Shown here: piece by piece, positions 27,876 to 35,169 of the stretch
Numbering within the stretch: position 1 is the stretch's first letter
How the letters are laid out: every line of letters begins with the position of its first letter
IMG/VR virus record: IMGVR_UViG_3300037781_000018
Location: 1 to 40,822 of that record
Direction: 5' to 3' (one strand)
DNA: 40,822 nt
Source: a virus
Lineage: Duplodnaviria; Caudoviricetes
Made by a program: the position numbers and the translations under genes
The notes under the pieces: model-generated
The model's database searches: none
What the model saw: only the letters and a program-made list of their open reading frames with translations
What the model was told of the DNA's origin: nothing

Positions 27876-28061
27876 GTGAACTACATACGCAAGACATACG
27901 GTGTGCAGGCTTACCGTGGCGGAAGAGTGCTTTACACCGGTGGATCGGTGGCACGGTGGGGCACGATTAAATCGGCTCGTGGTCCGTATCTTAGGATTTT
28001 ACTGGACGGCGATAAACACGCAGGTAGCTATCATCCCACTTGGGAACTGAAATATCTGTAA
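27876..28061 (+). CDS. Small phage protein (SH3-like)
   Basis: YIRKTYGV..RGGRV...YLRILLDG...YHPTWELKYL; stop is the TAA of site 28059. Confidence 0.7.
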   Translation: MNYIRKTYGVQAYRGGRVLYTGGSVARWGTIKSARGPYLRILLDGDKHAGSYHPTWELKYL

Positions 28062-28080
28062 CACGCAAGGCGGTATCGGC

Positions 28081-28169
28081 ACCTAACGTTTGTGATAACC
28101 ACGCGGCGAGATTGATTTTACCATTGCGAAACCACGTTGCCGCCGCTGTGGTTCATCGCATTGTTCATC
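28081..28169 (-). mobile_element. attC site of cassette C
   Basis: Plus strand ACCTAAC-6-GATAACC-ACGCGGCG...CGCCGC(T)GT-GGTT(C)ATC-5-GTTCATC; two extrahelical bases. Confidence 0.85.
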
Positions 28170-28188
28170 GGCGGTTTTGGTCTATGAG

Positions 28189-28476
28189 ATGAAGCGAGCA
28201 GTAACCGAACCATACCCTTGCGATCAAGTTCAAGAAACGCACAGGGGCGACAACATAACCGTCTTTCGTGGTCAATCAGAGTTGATCGTCTACGGCGAGG
28301 GGTCGGACTGGATGATCCAGTATTCCAGAATCACGAATCATTGTGACGGCTGGCGGCGATGGTATGCACACCGTGACGATGCGGAAGCGAAGGCCCGCGA
28401 GGTGGCCAGAAAACCGTACGGAGGGCGTGGCGGTGTCGATGATGAATGCACAAAGGTGCCACAGAAGTTTGCCTAG
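28189..28476 (+). CDS. Cassette C hypothetical protein
   Basis: Inside cassette 28087-28618, inverted relative to attC. Confidence 0.6.
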   Translation: MKRAVTEPYPCDQVQETHRGDNITVFRGQSELIVYGEGSDWMIQYSRITNHCDGWRRWYAHRDDAEAKAREVARKPYGGRGGVDDECTKVPQKFA

Positions 28477-28612
28477 CGACACATGCAGCGGAGCCTAGAG
28501 GGACAAACACAGATCGGCGTGGTCGTGGATGCGATCAACCAAGGACGCGGTGAGATGTGCCTGGGAGTGGGCTTAGAGTTAACGGGATAGCAAAGACGCT
28601 GCATTTTCGTCC

Positions 28613-28700
28613 GATGAACGCTTTGATTAAACCGGCGGCGAGAGTATCGCTGCCATTGGAACCGACGCTGCCGCCGCTCGGTTTCAATCAATTGTTATGC
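28613..28700 (-). mobile_element. attC site of cassette B
   Basis: GATGAAC-6-ATTAAAC-CGGCGGCG...CGCCGC(T)CG-GTTT(C)AAT-5-GTTATGC. Confidence 0.85.
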
Positions 28701-28714
28701 GGCTAGGATAGCGA

Positions 28715-28957
28715 ATGATGTTTCAGAACATGGTGAAAGCACCAAAGGCGTTTGAGGATGCACTGGTTGCGTCGGCAGCATTGGACGCATTGCCGCCGGA
28801 GATGATTCAATACGGTGTTAAGCTCGCAACGAAAGCAGGCGAGAAGGTTGATTCTCTAAGGTGGCGTCTATGGGAAGATGCGGCACGCTTTGCCGAGGGT
28901 GAAGTGGCTGAGGGCAGGGCGACTGGTTTTTGGGTGTTCAAAGAGGCTGCGGTTTAG
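28715..28957 (+). CDS. Cassette B hypothetical protein
   Basis: Fills cassette 28619-28966; stop lies 1 nt before the terminal CCGCATAAC. Confidence 0.65.
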   Translation: MMFQNMVKAPKAFEDALVASAALDALPPEMIQYGVKLATKAGEKVDSLRWRLWEDAARFAEGEVAEGRATGFWVFKEAAV

Positions 28958-28960
28958 TCC

Positions 28961-29056
28961 GCATAACGTCGGTCATCAACGGGCCGGAAAGAAAGAAAGA
29001 ATTAACCATGAAAAATAAAGCTGCAAGTCCGGCTCCGTTGCATGACGTTGTTCTAC
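28961..29056 (-). mobile_element. attC site of cassette A
   Basis: GCATAAC-6-CATCAAC-GGGCCGGA...TCCGGC(T)CC-GTTG(C)ATG-5-GTTCTAC. Confidence 0.85.
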
Positions 29057-29376
29057 GTCCGCACTGGCCGGAAGGGCTAGAGCAAGGCCGGTTTTACCAA
29101 TTCAATTGTGACGATGACGGCAGAGACGGCGATGCGTTTTTCCGTGTGTTGGTTGCGAACGATGGCGACGTTCATTTGTGTGCGTCAAAGTTGATCGAGC
29201 CAGGATTTACGGACAAGGTATCCGGCGAGCGGAAACCATCGTTGTACGACAATTTCCCTTCGGTTCGGTGTCGAACCGGAATCGGCGGCGGAATGCATAG
29301 CAGAACGCGGCAGGCGTTGTTGTGGCTTGCGATGGCGATCAAGTTAGACAACGAAGAACTAGGGATCGTGGATTAG
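29008..29376 (+). CDS. Cassette A hypothetical protein
   Basis: ATG in the attC loop; stop lies 2 nt before the terminal ACGTAGAAC; cassette 28967-29386. Confidence 0.65.
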   Translation: MKNKAASPAPLHDVVLRPHWPEGLEQGRFYQFNCDDDGRDGDAFFRVLVANDGDVHLCASKLIEPGFTDKVSGERKPSLYDNFPSVRCRTGIGGGMHSRTRQALLWLAMAIKLDNEELGIVD

Positions 29377-29378
29377 GT

Positions 29379-29400
29379 ACGTAGAACTATTGATTAACGC
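29379..29400 (-). mobile_element. attI-like simple site
   Basis: Minus strand GCGTTAATCAATAGTTCTAC: TAA-6nt-GTT spacing as in attI1 (CCCTAAAACAAAGTT); no attC hairpin. Confidence 0.55.
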
Positions 29401-29462
29401 CAACTAAGTAGGGGCGTATTCGTGAAATGGCCCTACTCAGTAACGGCCAATGCGGGATCGAC

Positions 29463-29553
29463 GCCTAACGCTAATGTTTACCGAGCCCCCGCCGGTAGAC
29501 TCTCCACTTCAAACAACCGTTGCCGGGGGCGTCGGTACAACATTTTGTTATCG
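29463..29553 (-). mobile_element. attC site of cassette D
   Basis: GCCTAAC-6-GTTTACC-GAGCCCCCG...CGGGGGC(G)TC-GGTA(C)AAC-5-GTTATCG. Confidence 0.85.
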
Positions 29554-29561
29554 GGTGCGAT

Positions 29562-29990
29562 ATGTGGCAAGAAGAAGTATTGGTAGACAAGACAATCATC
29601 GATGTGAAGGTCAAGAGCCCATCTGTGTGGTTGCAAGTTAAGGAAGGTGGTTGGGTTGAAATTAACGTAGAGGGCGATTGTTGCTCAGAGGCGTTTGTGG
29701 ACGCTGTGCGATTGCATGGCACACCCAAGCTGACGGGCAAGAGCGAGGAAATCAGTTTTCCGTCGCAACCAACGTCGCAGGAAGTGGACGAAATTACGGC
29801 GGTGCGATTCTTGGGCGATCGAGGTAGCGTTTCGATCCTTCACCGCAATTCGTCAAACGGATATTACGGCAACTACTTGTCGGTCAACTCACGAGGCGAG
29901 CCACCAGTGGACGCAGTATACGGAAAAGAGTGGTTTCGGGACGTGCAAACAACCCGACTCAGTAACACGCAACGCGGAATCAACGTCTAG
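29562..29990 (+). CDS. Cassette D protein, DCC...SNGYY phage family
   Basis: EGDCCSE and HRNSSNGYYG motifs; alternative TTG start at 29520 inside attC. Confidence 0.7.
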   Translation: MWQEEVLVDKTIIDVKVKSPSVWLQVKEGGWVEINVEGDCCSEAFVDAVRLHGTPKLTGKSEEISFPSQPTSQEVDEITAVRFLGDRGSVSILHRNSSNGYYGNYLSVNSRGEPPVDAVYGKEWFRDVQTTRLSNTQRGINV

Positions 29991-30000
29991 CCGCTCGATT

Positions 30001-30028
30001 TTGCGATTGGCCAGAGGGACGCTAGAAT
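30001..30028 (+). promoter_or_regulatory. Putative promoter after the accessory region
   Basis: TTGCGA-16bp-TAGAAT. Confidence 0.45.
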
Positions 30029-30099
30029 AGCTTGCAAACAAATTGCAGCAACGCAAGAATGATGCAAGGTGGTTTCCCAACTGGCAAAAAGGATTGACG

Positions 30100-30381
30100 A
30101 TGACGGTCTTACTTAACGCGGTGACGACGGACACGGCAAGCAGCGGGCAGTCTTTAAGCGGACCCGCGACGGTTTACACAAGCGGCACATTCGACGGCGC
30201 TTCCGTCGAGATTCAGGTTGCACCCAGCGACACCGCAGCCAAGTACGTTCCTGCGGGCCGCGATGCTGTGCTACTTCAGCCTGGCGTTATTTCTATTGAT
30301 GTACTCGGCGCGTACTATCTCAAGGCCGTGTCGAAAGGCTCGGGAGCCAGCACGGCGATCACGGCAGAGGTCGTCCAGTAG
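30100..30381 (+). CDS. Small beta-sandwich protein, possibly virion-associated
   Basis: AAGGA SD; SGTFDGASVEIQVAP. Confidence 0.6.
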   Translation: MTVLLNAVTTDTASSGQSLSGPATVYTSGTFDGASVEIQVAPSDTAAKYVPAGRDAVLLQPGVISIDVLGAYYLKAVSKGSGASTAITAEVVQ

Positions 30382-30544
30382 CGGGCCGGTGGAACCGGGA
30401 AAATCTGGACCGACACCCCCCCCTACCCTTTAGGTTCCTTTGGGGGCATTTGAGGTTGTGTGGTCACCCAGATTCCCGTTTTTTCTACACATAGTCCGGC
30501 GAAAAGTCTGGTCGTTTTGGGCTGGGGGTTTGGGGGCATAGTGC

Positions 30545-30883
30545 GTGCCGATTCGCGACACTCGAATGATGGCAAAGGCTTTGATTCAACGTTGGCCAAT
30601 TAGTGTAGACGCAAAGGCTCAAATCATTGAGCGACTGGTTGACATCGTGTCTGACCCTAGCAGCAGTCCGCGCGAGGTGACGGCGGCGGCCAAAGGCTTA
30701 TTGAGTGCGGAGAAACAAAACCAGGACGACGAGCATAAGGTGGTAGATGTACGGATTCAGAGCCGACACGCTGAACTGGATGCGATTGCTGCCGACCTCG
30801 GAGTTGACCTTGGTGTTGTCGAGGATGCCAGTAGAAAAGCGGAAGGCGGCACTGTTGGCCCTGAAAGAATTGGCGGTTCGTGA
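30545..30883 (+). CDS. Putative terminase small subunit
   Basis: Helical 112 aa immediately upstream of and overlapping the large subunit. Confidence 0.55.
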   Translation: MPIRDTRMMAKALIQRWPISVDAKAQIIERLVDIVSDPSSSPREVTAAAKGLLSAEKQNQDDEHKVVDVRIQSRHAELDAIAADLGVDLGVVEDASRKAEGGTVGPERIGGS

Positions 30884-32921
30884 TGCGGAAGAAACCGACG
30901 AGTCAAAGGACGCAGCGCGGAAGCGGGAGAAACGATCGGAAGCGGCACGGGTCACAATTGGCACTTGTCAAAATCCAGCACGCAGGGAGGCGTGCTTGGC
31001 TGACCCTGAGCGGTTTTTGCGAACCTACATCGACTACCGATTTACTCGGGCGTTTTACCCACATCAGGTGCGAATGATCGAAGGCATCTACGACCGAGCA
31101 CGGTACGGCGGCAGTAAGAGCTACGCGGCACCTCGGGGCGACGGCAAGACGGAGGTTTGCACCGCGATGATTGTATTTGTCATGCTGGCCGGGTTGGTCG
31201 ATTACGTCGTTGCAATCGCGGCAACAACGAAGCTGGCGAGCGACATTTTCAAAGATGTTAAATATCACTTTGAAACGTCGCCGCTGCTGTCGGCTGACTT
31301 TCCCGAAGTGTGCGATCCGATCAAGGCATTAGAGGGTGCACCGCAGCGGGCGGGCAAGCAGCACGTTGATGGCGTGCTGACGCGGATTGAGTGGAAGCAA
31401 GATCGATTGATTTTGCCGGAGGTTAGCGGTTCGCCGTTCGGTGGTGCGTGCATGAATTACTACGGATTCGACGCGGCGATTCGGGGCGTGCGGATTCGTG
31501 GCAAGCGGCCAAGGCTGGCACTGGTCGATGACCCAGAGACGCGGGAAAGTGCCAAGTCTGATCAGCAAATTAAAGACCGAGGCGACATGCTCGACCGCGA
31601 CGTGGCGGGCTTGGGCGGGCAGGAGGGCAACGTGTCGATTGTGGCGATTACGACTTGCCAAAACAGGCGGTCGCTGTCGTGGAAGTTGACTGGGGAGGAT
31701 AAGGCGGGCAACAAGATCAAGCCAGCATACGAGGGCGAACGGTTTGCGGCTATCAAAGCCTGGCCGACGAACGCGGAACTTTGGGACGATTACGTCGCCC
31801 AGCGGAAAATCGATCAGAACAACGGCGACCCATACGGACAGACGGCGACAGCACTTTACCTAGCGAACCGAGAGGCGATGGACGCGGGTGCGGAGGTCAT
31901 CAACCCTGGCCGGTACGATCGCAACATTACGCCGGAAGGAGAGTCGATTGAGGTGAGTAACCTTCAGCATTGCTACAACTTCATCGCGGATCGCGGGCTT
32001 CCGTCATTCCTTGCCGAGTACCAAAACGAACCGGAGCCGGAGGAGGAACTGCAAACGGTCGGGCTGACTAGCGGTAAGGTGATGAGCCGAACTAACACGC
32101 TCGAGCGGCGGGAACTGCCGGAGGATTGCGAGTTGGTTTGTCTGGGAATCGACATTGGCAAGTACGCTTCCCACTGGTCGCAACTGGCGTTTGCTGGTAA
32201 CGCGGTCGGCTACGTCACGGACTACGGAGTGATCGAGACATACGGGCTGGACGTATCGTCGAGCGAACAGGCGATTGAGCGGGCGATTTTGGCATCGTTG
32301 CGAAACTTTGCTGACGAGTTAATGACAGAGGTGAAACCGCTGATCGTGCTTGTAGACTCGGGTGATTACTCCGATGCAGTCTATGAATTTTGCAGGTCAA
32401 CGGGTCCGCCCTTTTTCCCGTGTAAGGGTATGCCGGGATCAAACTTTAGGATGCCGGAGCAGTCAAAGACGAAGCAGCCGTTCCTTGAAGCCTGGGCGCA
32501 CTGGATCGAACGCGAGCAGTCGTGGTTGTATAACGTCAATTCCTGGTACTGGAAAAACTGGGTGCACGAGCGTTTTATGACGGACGCGCTAACCGATGGA
32601 GTCGCGAACGATGGGTCGTTGTCGCTGTTTGCTCCGCGTAATCACAAAGAGCACCTGTCGTTTGCAAAGCACATCGTCGCGGAGGAATTGCAATCGAAGT
32701 TTGAACCAGGCAAAGGCGTCAAAACCCATTGGGCACAGGTCAGTAAAAACAACCACTGGCTTGATGCCACATCGTATGCGTGCTGCGCGGCGGCATGTGC
32801 TGGGATGCGTTTAATACCGCAGACCCAGCGAACAGTTAGTCAGCAGGTTAAAGACAATCGAAAGCAAACCCAGACGGGCACGGGCTTACATGGTCGGTCG
32901 TTCGTTGCAACTCAACGGTAA
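30747..32921 (+). CDS. Terminase large subunit (GpA-like nuclease domain)
   Basis: APRGDGKT Walker A, LALVDDPE Walker B, LGIDIG, VDSG, NHWLDA; true start may be ~30825. Confidence 0.88.
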   Translation: MYGFRADTLNWMRLLPTSELTLVLSRMPVEKRKAALLALKELAVRDAEETDESKDAARKREKRSEAARVTIGTCQNPARREACLADPERFLRTYIDYRFTRAFYPHQVRMIEGIYDRARYGGSKSYAAPRGDGKTEVCTAMIVFVMLAGLVDYVVAIAATTKLASDIFKDVKYHFETSPLLSADFPEVCDPIKALEGAPQRAGKQHVDGVLTRIEWKQDRLILPEVSGSPFGGACMNYYGFDAAIRGVRIRGKRPRLALVDDPETRESAKSDQQIKDRGDMLDRDVAGLGGQEGNVSIVAITTCQNRRSLSWKLTGEDKAGNKIKPAYEGERFAAIKAWPTNAELWDDYVAQRKIDQNNGDPYGQTATALYLANREAMDAGAEVINPGRYDRNITPEGESIEVSNLQHCYNFIADRGLPSFLAEYQNEPEPEEELQTVGLTSGKVMSRTNTLERRELPEDCELVCLGIDIGKYASHWSQLAFAGNAVGYVTDYGVIETYGLDVSSSEQAIERAILASLRNFADELMTEVKPLIVLVDSGDYSDAVYEFCRSTGPPFFPCKGMPGSNFRMPEQSKTKQPFLEAWAHWIEREQSWLYNVNSWYWKNWVHERFMTDALTDGVANDGSLSLFAPRNHKEHLSFAKHIVAEELQSKFEPGKGVKTHWAQVSKNNHWLDATSYACCAAACAGMRLIPQTQRTVSQQVKDNRKQTQTGTGLHGRSFVATQR

Positions 32922-32926
32922 AGAGC

Positions 32927-33256
32927 ATGGCGAAGAAGACAACGCAACCGGCAGCACTTCCCAGCATGGGCGGCGAGGTGGAAAGCAAACCGCAGGAGCC
33001 AAAAGCAGTGGCGGCAACCGCTGTGGTTGAGGTTGAGCCGGTGGCAGTGATGATCGAGCTTGATGTTTTCCCGTGCTTCATGCGCGGGGCACACACAAGC
33101 CGATTCCTGAACATGACAAAGAGGCTAACGGGTCGGCAGTCGAAGGCTCTGAAAGCACTAGCAAACATGCACGACAAAGGCAACGCGGCGGCGGTGCAAA
33201 TCTTGCTTGATAAGATTGCGGACGCGATCGAAGAACAACACAACGTCACGTTGTAA
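32927..33256 (+). CDS. Hypothetical protein
   Basis: Between terminase and head genes. Confidence 0.6.
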   Translation: MAKKTTQPAALPSMGGEVESKPQEPKAVAATAVVEVEPVAVMIELDVFPCFMRGAHTSRFLNMTKRLTGRQSKALKALANMHDKGNAAAVQILLDKIADAIEEQHNVTL

Positions 33257-33310
33257 ATATGATGCAATTCATCGAGTGATAAGGTTGCGCCGGGTGCTAT
33301 GCTTTTCGGC

Positions 33311-33586
33311 ATGGCAGCACAAACGCTCGACGAAATTCTTGACGCGCTGAACGACTACTCGGACTACGAGGAGTTGGCGTCTGTCGCTCGCGCGCAGTCG
33401 TTCTTGACTGCGGCTAAGCGGTTCCTGCAAATCCCCAGCAGCATGAGCCACAACAGCGCGAGCCATAGTTACTCGCAGGCTAGCGTTCAAGAAATGATTC
33501 GCCATGCTCGGGCGTTCATTCAAGCCAACTCTGCCAACGGTAACGGCGTGCGTCACCTTGGGATCGGGAGCGACTTCCGCCGATGA
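33311..33586 (+). CDS. Head completion protein (gpW-like position)
   Basis: Precedes portal with ATGA overlap; TGcTATGCT extended -10 lies 7 nt before the ATG. Confidence 0.6.
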   Translation: MAAQTLDEILDALNDYSDYEELASVARAQSFLTAAKRFLQIPSSMSHNSASHSYSQASVQEMIRHARAFIQANSANGNGVRHLGIGSDFRR

Positions 33587-35169
33587 TCACCACAGCACGC
33601 AATGACCATGCAGGCGACTTTGACACAGCCCGCGCCGATTACGACGCGATGCGAGAGAGTCGTTTCGTTCGTCGCCGTCTAGGTCTGGCACCGCAGGGCG
33701 GGTCGGCTGATTATCACGTTCGCAACGAACCGCAGTACCTCGACCTGATCGAGAAGGCTCGGGATATGGCGCGAAACGATAACGTTATCGGCAAGACGAT
33801 CGAAAAGGCCGCGACAAATTGCGTTCAGAATGGTTTCGTGCTGGATCCGAAAACCGGGGACAAGTCGCTCGATGCCGACCTGAAAGCACGCTGGAAAGAG
33901 TTTGCGACCAATCCCGATCAGTGTGACATTCAGGGCGAATCGACCTGGAACGAGATTGAGCACACGGTTGTAACCTCGATTCTGCGGGATGGCGACATTT
34001 TCGCTATCGGCACGCAAGACGGGCAAGTGCAGATGATTGAGGGCCATTTGGTCCGCAACCCGTATGCGTTTCGCAAAAACAAGCTGAACACGGTGATCGG
34101 TGTCGAGCTTAATCAGTATCGAAAGCCGACCCGCTATCACATTCGCCAAGAGCCTAACGACCCGTTCCGAACCTCAAACCGATCGACCTCGACTGCTTAC
34201 CGAGCGCGAGACTCCCAAGGGCAGAAGCAGGTTTTCCATATCTACGACCGGACCCGGTTTAGCCAGACGCGCGGCGTTACTGCGTTGGCTCCGGTGTTTC
34301 AAATCGGCGGGATGTTTGAAGACATAAATTTTGCCAAGGTCGTTCAGCAGCAAGTTGCTAGTTGCTTTGCAGTTTTGCGGTATCGCGAGGCTGGCACGGC
34401 TGGCATGTTCCCGACGATCAACAACAAAGACCTCGGGCCGACGACGACCGACGCGACCACCGGGCGGATCACTCCCGAGCTTGCACCGGGGATGGAGTAC
34501 ACGGCAGACGTTGGCGAAAAGCTGGAGGCGTTTTCGCCGAACATTCCCAACGCCGAGTATTTCCAGCAGGCCAAGATGTTGATGCAGATGATCGGCATAA
34601 ACATCGGTGTGCCATACGTCGAAATGATGATGGATGCCGAGTCAACCAACTTTTCGGGCTTCCGTGGAGCACTCGACACCGCTCGCCGCAACTGGCGTAA
34701 GGTTCAGACTCGACTACGCGAGCACCTGCACGAGCCTGTTTACCGTTGGAAGGTCCGGCAGTGGATGGCGGAAGACGGTGCGTTGGCTCGCGCAGCTGAG
34801 GCTTCGGGCGTCAAGATCTTATCTCACGATTGGCGACCGCCTTCCTGGCCGTACATTCAGCCGATCGATGACGCTGCGGGGCAGTTACTCCGTGTGCGAA
34901 ACGGGCTAATCAGTCCGCGCAGGCTTCACTCGGAAATGTCGCAAGACTGGCAGGAAATTGCCATCGAGACGATCGAAGACAACGCTTTCGCAATCCATCG
35001 AGCTATCAGAGCAGCCCAGGCACTCGCGGAACGAACGGGCGTCGATGTCCACTGGCGAGAGCTTCTAGCGTTGCCGATGCCTGACGGCTTGCAGATTACA
35101 GCACCGATCACGGTCGGATCACCTGGCGAAAACCCACAGCAAAGGGGCAACGATGCACTTGGAAATTGA
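33583..35169 (+). CDS. Lambda-family portal protein
   Basis: ARDMARND, RDGDIF, GVELNQY, QTRGVT, TNFSGFR, WPYIQP. Confidence 0.93.
   Translation: MITTARNDHAGDFDTARADYDAMRESRFVRRRLGLAPQGGSADYHVRNEPQYLDLIEKARDMARNDNVIGKTIEKAATNCVQNGFVLDPKTGDKSLDADLKARWKEFATNPDQCDIQGESTWNEIEHTVVTSILRDGDIFAIGTQDGQVQMIEGHLVRNPYAFRKNKLNTVIGVELNQYRKPTRYHIRQEPNDPFRTSNRSTSTAYRARDSQGQKQVFHIYDRTRFSQTRGVTALAPVFQIGGMFEDINFAKVVQQQVASCFAVLRYREAGTAGMFPTINNKDLGPTTTDATTGRITPELAPGMEYTADVGEKLEAFSPNIPNAEYFQQAKMLMQMIGINIGVPYVEMMMDAESTNFSGFRGALDTARRNWRKVQTRLREHLHEPVYRWKVRQWMAEDGALARAAEASGVKILSHDWRPPSWPYIQPIDDAAGQLLRVRNGLISPRRLHSEMSQDWQEIAIETIEDNAFAIHRAIRAAQALAERTGVDVHWRELLALPMPDGLQITAPITVGSPGENPQQRGNDALGN

Larger units (their letters stand above)
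25157..29990 (+). repeat. Array of 13 dispersed 28-bp quasi-palindromic sites at gene boundaries
   Basis: Starts at 25157, 25757, 26084, 26381, 26687, 26954, 27298, 27472, 27763, 27838, 28059, 29441, 29963; consensus TAAC-N4-AA-N6-ATY-N7-A-N. Confidence 0.8.

Noticed and set aside
26979-28600. Extra TAACGG hexamers at 26979, 27358, 27811 and 28580 as full sites
   Set aside because: They lack the AA-N6-AT core; half-sites at most
25157-29990. CRISPR array
   Set aside because: Repeats are degenerate and separated by 75-1400 bp gene-containing intervals; no cas genes
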